Origin: a virus
Taxonomy: Duplodnaviria > Caudoviricetes
Length of the DNA stretch: 64,000 bases
Reading direction: 5' to 3' (one strand)
IMG/VR virus record: IMGVR_UViG_2831870349_000001
This document shows, one piece after another, positions 39,654-48,097 of this stretch; the stretch's first letter is position 1, and each line of letters begins with the position of its first letter. The notes beneath the pieces are model-generated. The model did not search any database and had not been told where the DNA came from. It saw only the letters and a list, made by a program, of their open reading frames with translations. The position numbers were made by a program, and so were the translations under genes.

Positions 39654-40150
39654 TGCTAGAAAACGAACATCCCGCCGAGCAGAGCAGCGCGGAACTCTCC
39701 GAATGCCGCCAATACCGATATGTCCTGCGCCGTGTCTGGGACGCTTCCAAAGCGCCGGTCATGTTTATTGGCTTGAACCCGTCTACTGCGGACGAGACCG
39801 AAGACGACGCCACCATTTGCAAATGCCGCGCCTACGCTAAGCGATGGGGCTTCGGCGGCCTTTTCATGGTGAATGTCTTTGCCTTCCGTGCGCGCCATCC
39901 GGAGGCGATGAAGGGCGCAGCGGATCCCATCGGACCAATAAATGATGAAGTGCTGCTCTCCCAGGCGGCTCTGGCGGGAATGATCATCGCCGCATGGGGA
40001 GCGCACGGTGCGCACCGCAACGGGGCGCACCGTGTCCAAACGTTACTGACTTCCAACGGGTATCGCCTGCACTATCTGGACCTGACGAAAGATGGTGAGC
40101 CGCGCCACCCGCTTTATCTGCCAGGCGACCTAACGCCGAAGCCGCTCTGA
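39650..40150 (+). CDS. DUF1643-family protein
   Basis: YRYVLRRVW, FIGLNPSTAD, NVFAFRA, AWG, PRHPLY. Confidence 0.9.
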   Translation: MMLENEHPAEQSSAELSECRQYRYVLRRVWDASKAPVMFIGLNPSTADETEDDATICKCRAYAKRWGFGGLFMVNVFAFRARHPEAMKGAADPIGPINDEVLLSQAALAGMIIAAWGAHGAHRNGAHRVQTLLTSNGYRLHYLDLTKDGEPRHPLYLPGDLTPKPL

Positions 40151-40165
40151 CGGAAACCGAAATCT

Positions 40166-40672
40166 ATGTTGCTCATCATGAAAGAAATCACCCCTGGGAG
40201 TCGTCCAACGCCGGAGCAGATCGAGGAGGCGACGCAGACCGGCGAACTGCCAGTGCCGCCGCCCTACGTCGAACGCGCGGACGTTTTCGACAAGTGGTAT
40301 CTCTATCTCGTCTACAAACGAACGAAGGCCGGCGAGTTCGACGTGCGGCCATCGCTGGGCGAGCTGATGCAGTCGGGCCTGAAACGAAGTTTCTGCTTCT
40401 CCGAGCGTAAAAAGACCGAGCGCATCATGGGCAAGCCGAAACCCGTGGCCGTGCGCGGCGCCAGCACGCCGCATCCACTCGTTTATGTGAGCGCCTACGA
40501 AGTCTTCAAAGTGCATTATCTCTACCATACGAACCGCCGAAACGTAGAGCGGCGATTCATGACGCGGCCGTCGGTAGACGAACTGGCGCGGACCAGCAAC
40601 ATCCCGGAACGTACATGCGAAGAGTACCGAGAGCGTTACGAGGGTGAGTTCGAGGCGATGATGGCGGCCTAA
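40166..40672 (+). CDS. Possible late-gene activator or antiterminator
   Basis: Last early gene before the late promoter; C-terminal SVDELARTSNIPERT HTH-like. Confidence 0.45.
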   Translation: MLLIMKEITPGSRPTPEQIEEATQTGELPVPPPYVERADVFDKWYLYLVYKRTKAGEFDVRPSLGELMQSGLKRSFCFSERKKTERIMGKPKPVAVRGASTPHPLVYVSAYEVFKVHYLYHTNRRNVERRFMTRPSVDELARTSNIPERTCEEYRERYEGEFEAMMAA

Positions 40673-40709
40673 TATACGTTATGTAATGTAATATAAAGTA
40701 CGCCTATGC

Positions 40710-40741
40710 TGTTGAAAATGTGGGTGACCCACATTTTCAAC
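40710..40741. terminator. Perfect hairpin TGTTGAAAATGTGGGT-G-ACCCACATTTTCAACA
   Basis: Long perfect IR after the early operon; terminator or binding site. Confidence 0.55.
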
Positions 40742-40762
40742 ATACCAAATGAGCTTACACTA

Positions 40763-40791
40763 TAGACAGATACGAACAGGCGTGTGATAAT
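40763..40791 (+). promoter_or_regulatory. Putative late promoter with SOS-box-like spacer
   Basis: TAGACA-17nt-GATAAT; contains CGAACAGGCGTGTG. Confidence 0.5.
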
Positions 40792-41061
40792 GAAATCACT
40801 CCAGCATTAGGACGGCCCTTCACCCACGCGGAAGGCTCGCCGTTCCTGGAGGAAACCGTGACAGTCACCCAACAAAAAGGGGCGGCGACAATTTCCGAAC
40901 CGTGGCGAGGTCACGTAACTAGGATCAGTGCGCCGCCCCGCTAGATTTAGATCAATGGATATTAAGATTTAACCGAATACCCCATCAGGAGCGCGAACGC
41001 CGACGTCTCCGTACAGAGAAATCCTAACCAGGGCGTGACAGCGGGAGAGACTGCACTTTAT

Positions 41062-41140
41062 CCTTGGGTAGCTCAGCCTGGTAGAGCGCACGGCCTTGAA
41101 AACCGTGAGGTCGGGGGTTCAAATCCTTCCCCTCGGACCA
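41062..41140 (+). tRNA. Atypical tRNA with 9-nt anticodon loop (Phe-GAA-like or TGA)
   Basis: TAGCTCAG..TGGTAGAGC D arm, CACGG/CCGTG stem with loop CCTTGAAAA, GGTTCAAATCC T arm, CCA end; two acceptor-stem mismatches. Confidence 0.7.
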
Positions 41141-41212
41141 GCGCCTTGCATGAAAAGTGCAATCCGGAGTGACGGACTTCGCGGGCCGTTCCTGGTAACC
41201 GGAATCATTTAT

Positions 41213-41289
41213 GCCTGCGTAGCTCAATATAGTAGAGCGCCCGATTTGTCATCGGGAAGATGGTTGCTCACAGCGGCCCGCGGGCCCCA
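41213..41289 (+). tRNA. Atypical tRNA-Thr(TGT)-like gene
   Basis: Acceptor GCCTGCG/CGCGGGC, D stem GCTC/GAGC, anticodon stem CCCGA/TCGGG with loop TTTGTCA, CCA end; non-canonical T loop CTCACAG and no D-loop GG. Confidence 0.65.
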
Positions 41290-41291
41290 GA

Positions 41292-41311
41292 ATTATTGAT
41301 CGATCAATAAT
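41292..41311. promoter_or_regulatory. Dispersed palindrome copy 4 (perfect ATTATTGATCGATCAATAAT)
   Basis: Perfect 20-bp palindrome just after the tRNA cluster. Confidence 0.8.
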
Positions 41312-41483
41312 CGATCCGTTCACCTTCCTTCACTGCACAATCACATATCAGACGTCGAGAGAGCTAGACGTAAAATTGGCTGCTGCTGGACGCACTTTAC
41401 GGTTATACGCCGTAAGTGTGTCCTTTTTGTTTGTCCTTGCTCATTTCATCCCCGATCTTCTTCCTTGCATCTGTGAGGCTCTC

Positions 41484-41960
41484 ATGACAGCAAATCAAAT
41501 CGTGCAAGCGCATCCCAATATCACCGCTGAGGGAATGGCGCTCTTTATGAAGCTTCCCGTGGACCGCGCGCGCAAAGTCCTCGCCGCCGCAAAAGCCTGG
41601 AACGCGGCGCCAATGACGCGGCGCCTGGAGGGCATGCGCCGGATCGCAGCCAAAGAAGTCAGCCTTCACGTCGAGAGCGTGGCCACCTCGCGCAGCTACC
41701 AGAAGCACGTTCGCCGCTACACCGAAGTTGAGGCCGAGCGGCATGATCTTTGCCGGCGAAGCGCGCCCGACCCGATGATGAAGCTCGATGTCAAGGACCA
41801 CACGACACTGATCGACGGTTTTGACGACGTGACTGTCGCTCCGTGCGTTCTCGGTAAGCAGGTAGCAGACAAATCGCGCGTTCAGTTTTTCTGCGACCAC
41901 AACGGCGTCATCGGGGACCTGATCACCCGCGCGAAGGCCGAGCGCAAGGCGGCCGTATGA
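41484..41960 (+). CDS. Hypothetical protein
   Basis: GAGG RBS. Confidence 0.6.
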   Translation: MTANQIVQAHPNITAEGMALFMKLPVDRARKVLAAAKAWNAAPMTRRLEGMRRIAAKEVSLHVESVATSRSYQKHVRRYTEVEAERHDLCRRSAPDPMMKLDVKDHTTLIDGFDDVTVAPCVLGKQVADKSRVQFFCDHNGVIGDLITRAKAERKAAV

Positions 41961-42070
41961 GCGTCTTCTCTGCAACTATCGGCATTCTCGCCGCCGTCAT
42001 GCTGCTGGCCGTCCTCTGGTGCGCCTGGCCGCGCGGCGGCGGATCTTGATTTCAAATCGCGTGCACTACC

Positions 42071-42265
42071 ATGAACTCTGCTGTCTGGATGCGCTTTGTC
42101 CGCGACGGAGTGAGGCCGGAGACGGCGGCGATCCTGCTCGGATGCACGACGGAGTACGCGGCGGCGGAGATGAAGCGAGTCGAGAAGCGCGAGGCGGATC
42201 GCCAGGCGCGGGACGAGGCGGACCATCAACTGCAAAGCACCTGGAATAAACTTCGTAAACGGTAG
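42071..42265 (+). CDS. Hypothetical protein
   Basis: Short helical ORF. Confidence 0.5.
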   Translation: MNSAVWMRFVRDGVRPETAAILLGCTTEYAAAEMKRVEKREADRQARDEADHQLQSTWNKLRKR

Positions 42266-42272
42266 GAATATT

Positions 42273-42623
42273 ATGAACGCACGAACATTGCACGCAATTA
42301 CGGCGCTGGGCGCACTGGCCGGTGTGATGCCGAGACGGTTGCTGATCGATCAGCCGCGAAGTTATAACAAGGTCTCCACTCGTCTTGTCAGGCGAATGCC
42401 ATCGCAGAACAAATGGCCTTTTACTGGCGCGACGGGATTTTCGCTGGAGTCGCTTCGCGGCGCCCACGCCAAGCGGCTTTCGCGACAAGTTCGGAACCTG
42501 CGGCATGCCGCGCGCGGCGGATACGGCAAACTGGACCAGAGAACCGACGCACAGAAGCGCCAGGACGCCGAGGGTTTCTACGGCTACGGCGTCAATCCCC
42601 TAGTCGCTGCCGGCTCTGACTGA
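42273..42623 (+). CDS. Basic hypothetical protein
   Basis: AGGA RBS. Confidence 0.5.
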   Translation: MNARTLHAITALGALAGVMPRRLLIDQPRSYNKVSTRLVRRMPSQNKWPFTGATGFSLESLRGAHAKRLSRQVRNLRHAARGGYGKLDQRTDAQKRQDAEGFYGYGVNPLVAAGSD

Positions 42624-42684
42624 ACGTCTGATGTGCGGCGCGCGCGGCGGATAGGGATTGAGACGCGATGAAAATGTACTCGCT

Positions 42685-42747
42685 GCTCCGTGGGCGCTCC
42701 TGACGCCTGCGGAGTAAACATTTCAGGAGACGCCTCAGGAGGGCGTC
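42685..42747 (+). ncRNA. Candidate kissing-loop cis-regulatory RNA, copy A
   Basis: 12-bp hairpin with loop CTCCTGA, complementary to loop TCAGGAG of a second hairpin that holds the RBS. Confidence 0.65.
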
Positions 42748-42751
42748 AAAT

Positions 42752-43303
42752 ATGCCAAGTTATCCTGGAGACGACGGATCTCTCATTCTACATTTCGGTT
42801 CTGGCGATATTGCGATCTGTCCTAGCAAAGGTCTTGACCGCGAATGTGAAGACGAAATCGCATTCATAGTCCATGAGCCGGGAGAAGTCGGACGCTATTA
42901 CGGTGAATGGAAAGGAAAGTCCACGTCAGAACTCAACACGCCGGTTCGGATGATCTTCGATACCGTTGACGCGCTGGATGTTGTGGTCGAACAGCTGACG
43001 ACACTGCGTTTCAAGATGACTGGAGATGAGCAGCCAACGTGCCAAGTACAGGCAGGTTTCGCCTGGACGGACATGGCGGCGAGCGCATACCGCGCCTACG
43101 CTGCATCAACCGGCAACAAGAACTTTCGCGGTGAGCCTATGCCAGCGTTTGATGACCTGCCAGTCGCCATTCAAACAGCGTGGGAGGCGGCTGTTCGGCA
43201 TGTCGGCAACGCGATTGAGAACCCCCGTGCTTTGAATTCCACTAAAGAGCAAAGCTGGCAACACTGGGTTCGTCCACAGGATAAGGAAGCAAACCATGTG
43301 TAA
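42752..43303 (+). CDS. Hypothetical two-domain phage protein
   Basis: AGGAGG RBS; C-terminal AYRAYAAST..KNFRG.PMP.FDDLP..IQ.AW motif. Confidence 0.65.
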   Translation: MPSYPGDDGSLILHFGSGDIAICPSKGLDRECEDEIAFIVHEPGEVGRYYGEWKGKSTSELNTPVRMIFDTVDALDVVVEQLTTLRFKMTGDEQPTCQVQAGFAWTDMAASAYRAYAASTGNKNFRGEPMPAFDDLPVAIQTAWEAAVRHVGNAIENPRALNSTKEQSWQHWVRPQDKEANHV

Positions 43304-43577
43304 GTGCACCCCCGGGATCCGGACCCCGTTTTGCGGCAAGCCTGGCTGTACGTGGACCGATGATCCTGAGGAGGTCGATCCTAAATCGCTGGCTGCTGAG
43401 AAAGCCGACTTCCTGCGCGCCGAAATGCAGAAAATCATCACTGTAGCTCGCGACTGCAAAAGCACGGGCCTCCTGTATAACCGCGAGCTTTCGGAAGCTA
43501 TTACCTGTGCGGAGACGGCGTATCTCTGGTTGGAGCAGTTACCCGGCGGGAGTAAGTCGCTAGAGTTTGGCGGCTGA
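43296..43577 (+). CDS. Hypothetical protein
   Basis: CKCTPGIRTPFCG N-terminus; RELSEAITCAETAYLW. Confidence 0.55.
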   Translation: MCKCTPGIRTPFCGKPGCTWTDDPEEVDPKSLAAEKADFLRAEMQKIITVARDCKSTGLLYNRELSEAITCAETAYLWLEQLPGGSKSLEFGG

Positions 43578-43615
43578 GACGTTCACCCTCATCAGAATCT
43601 ACCCCCATATAGCAC

Positions 43616-44275
43616 ATGCTAGCCACCAAACGACAAATCGAGCGCGCGATGCTGTCGCGGCCGCTTCCGCCATCTCGCCTGTCGGACGAAGGGCGGATGG
43701 TGACGCGGTTCGAACCGGCCGAGGACCTTGCCGAGTGGGTCATGCGCGCGATCATCGACGAGGATGGGCCGCTCGCCAATCCCGCACACCAGCATCTGCG
43801 GACGGCGTCGATCGGGTTCCTCTGGACGAATGCGCCGAACTTTCGCGGCGGCCATGCGGTCGCCGGCATGACCGAGAAGCCGATCTGCCAGGGCAATCGC
43901 TGGCAAAAGGCGCGCCACGATCTTCAGCTGTCCGCATGGTTTCCCCGAAATCTCGATTTCCTGATCACCTTGGATGCTGTGTTCGCCGCCGAGAACCCCG
44001 ACGTCAATTTTTGCGCGCTGGTCGAGCACGAACTTTACCATATTGCTCACGCCAAAGATCAATTCCGGATTAAGAAATTCAGCAAATCGACCGGCAAACC
44101 GATCCTGGCGCTCCGAGGCCATGATGTCGAGGAGTTTGTCGGTGTCGCCGAGCGGTACGGCGCCGGGGCGTGCGCCGGCGCGACGGCGGAGCTGGTGCGC
44201 GTCTCGAACCTGCCGCCGCTGATCGGTGAGGCGTCGATTCGGGCCGCGTGCGGCAATTGTCTGCGAATGGTTTAG
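43616..44275 (+). CDS. Putative phage metallopeptidase
   Basis: LVEHELYH...GHDVEEFVGV.ERYG; upstream of terminase. Confidence 0.8.
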   Translation: MLATKRQIERAMLSRPLPPSRLSDEGRMVTRFEPAEDLAEWVMRAIIDEDGPLANPAHQHLRTASIGFLWTNAPNFRGGHAVAGMTEKPICQGNRWQKARHDLQLSAWFPRNLDFLITLDAVFAAENPDVNFCALVEHELYHIAHAKDQFRIKKFSKSTGKPILALRGHDVEEFVGVAERYGAGACAGATAELVRVSNLPPLIGEASIRAACGNCLRMV

Positions 44276-44282
44276 GTGTGCG

Positions 44283-44927
44283 ATGGGACGACCTAGGAAA
44301 GATGCGGCGAAGCCGCCGGTGGCGGCCAAGGGGGGTGTGGCGAAAGCCGACTCGCCGAAGGTGTCGGCTTCCACCGTGCCAGGTCCCAAAACGCTGCCAT
44401 CAGATATCGTTACTTATATCATCGACCGGTTGGCGCAGTACGCTGGGCCAACAGAGATACGCTCCGAGATTATGGATTTGTTCGGACGGGATGTGCCGAA
44501 GGCGACGATCAATCGCTACAACCCTAACACGGTGCAGGGCGAAAAGGAAATGGCGGAAGCGCTGAAGGCTTTGTTTTTCGAGCGACGAGCTCGGTACCTG
44601 GACCGCCTTGACGACATCCCGATCGCGAATCCCGCTGTGCGGCTCCAAAAGATCCAGTCAGTTGTCGATCGCTGCGAAATCAACGGGAACGACGTCCTTC
44701 TCCTCCAGGCGGCAAAGCAGGCGGCGGAAGAGCGCGGCGGCGCTTATACGAACCGGCGCGAACTGACAGGCAAGGATGGCGGCGCGATCGCTCTCAAGAA
44801 CGAACCGCCGGTGGAGCTCTCAAAGCTCAGCGAGGAGAGGTTCAAATTGCTTGAAAGCATCTATGCCGAAGCCGGCTCTGGAGATCTGGACACCGGCACA
44901 AATCCGAGCGGAGCGACGTCGGCGTGA
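44283..44927 (+). CDS. terS: Terminase small subunit (DUF2280-like)
   Basis: IPIAN..VRL, QAAEERGGAYTNRRELTGKDGG; overlaps terL. Confidence 0.75.
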   Translation: MGRPRKDAAKPPVAAKGGVAKADSPKVSASTVPGPKTLPSDIVTYIIDRLAQYAGPTEIRSEIMDLFGRDVPKATINRYNPNTVQGEKEMAEALKALFFERRARYLDRLDDIPIANPAVRLQKIQSVVDRCEINGNDVLLLQAAKQAAEERGGAYTNRRELTGKDGGAIALKNEPPVELSKLSEERFKLLESIYAEAGSGDLDTGTNPSGATSA

Positions 44928-46437
44928 TATAGCCGCATGCCGCGCGCATCTGCGTGACTTTGTTCAGCATTCATGGCACATCATTGAGCCGGGAATGCCG
45001 CTGATCAACAACTGGCATGTGGACTGTATCTGTGATCATCTGGAGGCGGTGACTTTAGGTCACATCCGTGACCTGCTCATTAATATCCCACCCGGGCATA
45101 TGAAGTCGCTCCTAGTTAGTGTCTTCTGGCCGGCATGGGAATGGATCCAAAATCCGCGCGAACGCTCTCTATTCTCGTCCTACGCCGTGGATCTTGCAAT
45201 CCGTGATAGCGTTCGTTGCCGAGACCTGATCACTTCCGACTGGTACCAGGAGTGGTTCGAGCCGGACTGGAAAATGAAGGGCGACCAGAACGTTAAGTCC
45301 TGGTTTCAGAACGATAAGACCGGTTTTCGGTTTTCGATGTCCGTCGGCGGCCGCGCTACTGGTTTTCGCGGAAACAAGATCGTGGTCGACGACCCTTTGA
45401 ACGCCAAGGAAATGCATTCGAAGGCGACCCGCGACGAGTGCATCTTCTGGTGGGACAAAGTGATGCCCACGCGGATCAATGATCCGCGTGGCGGCAAGCG
45501 CGTCGTGATCATGCAGCGTTTGCATGAAGAAGATCTGTCCGGACATATACTTGCGAAGGGCGGCTTCGAGCATCTTTGCCTGCCGTCGGAATTTGAGCCG
45601 GAGCGCCGTTCGCGTACATTCATCTTCTCCAAGGATAATGATCTTAATGATGGCGAAGACGAAATGCGCACTGAATTCTGGTCAGATCCGCGGACTGAGC
45701 ATGGGGATCTCTTGTTCCCGGAGATGTTCACGAAGCAAGTACTCAGTCAGCTGAAAAAGGATCTGGGCGAAACGGATTTTGCCGGGCAGCATCAGCAGTC
45801 GCCGCGACCCGCCGCCGGCATCATCTTCAAAAGCCATTGGTGGCGCTACTGGGTTCCCAAAGGTCTGCTCGGCAAACTCCCGCCGATTACCATTGTCCTG
45901 GAGGACGGCTCATTCTTTGACAGCCCCGTCATCGAGATCCCTGAGGGATTTGAAACACTCCTCCAGTCCTGGGATATGTCGTTCAAAGACAGCAAGGGCG
46001 CGGACTTCGTCGCCGGGCAGGTCTGGGCTCAGGTCAAAGCCGATTGCTTCCTGCTCGATCAAGTTTGTGAACGCATGGATTTCACGGCCACGATCGCGGC
46101 CGTTCGCGCGATGACGGAGAAGTGGCCGCTGGCGCTCGCGAAACTCGTTGAGGATAAGGCAAACGGACCTGCGGTAATTTCCTCGCTGAAAAAAGAGATC
46201 CCGGGGCTCATCCCTATCGAACCCGAAGGTGATAAAGTCTCCCGCGCTCATGCCGTCACTCCGATGTGCGAGTCCGGAAATGTGTATCTTCCGCACCCTG
46301 CGCTTTATCCATGGATCAAGGTAACCCTCGACCGGCTGACAGCATTCCCAAACGCCGCCAAAGACGACGATGTAGACGCACTCACGCAGGCGCTCCGGCG
46401 CATGAGCAAAAAGAAACGCGTTTTCAAGTTGATGTAG
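44863..46437 (+). CDS. terL: Terminase large subunit
   Basis: NIPPGHMKS, VDDP, IMQRLHEEDL, SWD, VEDKANG, DDDVDALTQA. Confidence 0.95.
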   Translation: MPKPALEIWTPAQIRAERRRRDIAACRAHLRDFVQHSWHIIEPGMPLINNWHVDCICDHLEAVTLGHIRDLLINIPPGHMKSLLVSVFWPAWEWIQNPRERSLFSSYAVDLAIRDSVRCRDLITSDWYQEWFEPDWKMKGDQNVKSWFQNDKTGFRFSMSVGGRATGFRGNKIVVDDPLNAKEMHSKATRDECIFWWDKVMPTRINDPRGGKRVVIMQRLHEEDLSGHILAKGGFEHLCLPSEFEPERRSRTFIFSKDNDLNDGEDEMRTEFWSDPRTEHGDLLFPEMFTKQVLSQLKKDLGETDFAGQHQQSPRPAAGIIFKSHWWRYWVPKGLLGKLPPITIVLEDGSFFDSPVIEIPEGFETLLQSWDMSFKDSKGADFVAGQVWAQVKADCFLLDQVCERMDFTATIAAVRAMTEKWPLALAKLVEDKANGPAVISSLKKEIPGLIPIEPEGDKVSRAHAVTPMCESGNVYLPHPALYPWIKVTLDRLTAFPNAAKDDDVDALTQALRRMSKKKRVFKLM

Positions 46438-46455
46438 ACCTGGACAAGTACACCT

Positions 46456-46584
46456 ATGACGCCATTCAAATTGTTCGAATATGCGACGGCTGTCGCCGGC
46501 GGCGTCGCCGAACTGGGCGTCGTCCTGATCGTGCTCGCGCTGGGCTCTCTGGCCGCGATCGCGTACTTCAAGAAGCCGGAATAA
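46456..46584 (+). CDS. 42-aa single-TM protein
   Basis: Hand translation MTPFKLFEYATAVAGGVAELGVVLIVLALGSLAAIAYFKKPE. Confidence 0.5.
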   Translation: MTPFKLFEYATAVAGGVAELGVVLIVLALGSLAAIAYFKKPE

Positions 46585-46593
46585 CAATCCCTT

Positions 46594-47952
46594 ATGGCAG
46601 TCTTCAAGGCCGGAAAACTAAATACCGGGAAGCTGCCGGGCCTCCGCCAGCAGATCCGTCGGGGTTTGAACGCGGTCCTGTCCATTAAGGATGGCGGCGT
46701 GACGGCCGAAGGCGACGCCGGATGGAGTGTGCTCTCCGGGCGCAATCATCAGTATTACCGGGGCAGCGTCCGCAACTGGCAAAACGAGGCGGGACCGCTC
46801 TGGGAAAACCCGGCGATCTCGATCGGAATCCAATATATCTTCAACAAGGTCGCGGAGCCGCGCCTTCAAGTCGTCTCGGATCCCGACGGAACGCCCACGC
46901 CGATCCCCGGGCACGCACTGATTCAGCTGCTTCGCAGGCCCAACGGCGAATACAGCTGGCGCGCGATGCTCCAGGCCTGCGCTGCGTCCTATAAGCTGGA
47001 CGGAAACGCCTATATCGTCAAGGTGCGCGGGTCCGGTGGGTACGGGTCCGTTCAGCAGCTCTGGTATATCGCGCACTGGCAGATGGAGCCTCTGGCGCCG
47101 CTCGGGAACGGGCCGACCGAGTTCTACAAGCGCACGCTCCCAAATGGTAAGACGGAAGTCTATGCGCGCGCCAACGTCATCCACTTCAAGAACGGTCTCG
47201 ATCTGGAGAACAACCGGAAGGGCTACGCCCCCTTCCGCGCTGAGTTCCGCGAAGTCGTCTCCGACAACGAGATCGCGACGTTCACCGCGTCGATCCTGAA
47301 AAACCTCGGCGTCGCGATCATGATCTCCCCCGTCGGCGACGACGCCGAGATGGACACGGATACGGTCGACGAGCTGAAAGACAAGGTCCGGGTAGGTATT
47401 TCGGCGGACAACCGGGGCGGCCTGGTCATGCCCTCGATTCCCGTACGCGCCGATCGCATAGGATCCACCCCGCAGGAAATGGCGCTCGACACCATCGGGG
47501 ACCGTCCGGAGTCGCGGATCTTCGCCACGCTCGGCATCGAGCCGATGGCGGTCGGACTTCCCTCCGGCAACACGAAGTACGCGAACAAAAAAGAGGCGCG
47601 CGAGGCGTCCTACGAAAACGGCATCATCCCGATGCTTTCCGTGTTCGGGGAGACACTCACGGATGAATTGCTGCCCGATTTTCACGCCGGGCAAAAGAGT
47701 GCGCCGGACGAGGTCGTCGCGTTCAACTACGACAAAGTCCGTGACCTTCAGCCGGACCTCGACGCCAAGCACAAACGCTTCTGGGGCGACTTCAAGAACG
47801 GTATCGGCAAACTGAGCGAAGCGCGCGCCGGTCTTGGTTACGAGAAGGACGAGCAGATTGACGGATATTATTTCGAGTTGATGCCGGCAAAAACCGCAAC
47901 GCCCGACGGATCCCAGGGCGTCAGCGACGATCCTGACGCCGCCGACAAGTAG
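46594..47952 (+). CDS. HK97-family portal protein
   Basis: LLRRPN, GNAYI, VIHFK, EARAGLGY; follows terL. Confidence 0.9.
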   Translation: MAVFKAGKLNTGKLPGLRQQIRRGLNAVLSIKDGGVTAEGDAGWSVLSGRNHQYYRGSVRNWQNEAGPLWENPAISIGIQYIFNKVAEPRLQVVSDPDGTPTPIPGHALIQLLRRPNGEYSWRAMLQACAASYKLDGNAYIVKVRGSGGYGSVQQLWYIAHWQMEPLAPLGNGPTEFYKRTLPNGKTEVYARANVIHFKNGLDLENNRKGYAPFRAEFREVVSDNEIATFTASILKNLGVAIMISPVGDDAEMDTDTVDELKDKVRVGISADNRGGLVMPSIPVRADRIGSTPQEMALDTIGDRPESRIFATLGIEPMAVGLPSGNTKYANKKEAREASYENGIIPMLSVFGETLTDELLPDFHAGQKSAPDEVVAFNYDKVRDLQPDLDAKHKRFWGDFKNGIGKLSEARAGLGYEKDEQIDGYYFELMPAKTATPDGSQGVSDDPDAADK

Positions 47953-48049
47953 ATCTATCGTAAGAGTAGATCTGCCGAGAGAATAGATCTGTCGTAAGAA
48001 TAGATCTGTCGTAAGAATAGATCTGTCGTAAGAATAGATCTGTCGTGAG
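47948..48049. repeat. Six tandem 17-bp units (consensus AATAGATCTGTCGTAAG)
   Basis: Read directly; every unit contains AGATCT. Confidence 0.92.
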
Positions 48050-48097
48050 ATCGGAACTCTTTGATTCTCACGACATTCCCCCGACGAAAGCCTTCCC

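Noticed and set aside
42341-42354. GCTGATCGATCAGC as a sixth copy of the dispersed palindrome
   Set aside because: Shares only the core and lacks the ATTAT/ATAAT arms; half-sites near 18400, 58605, 58855 and 63238 were also not counted.
47948-48049. CRISPR array
   Set aside because: Units are head-to-tail with no unique spacers and there are no cas genes; the same applies to 60339-60454.
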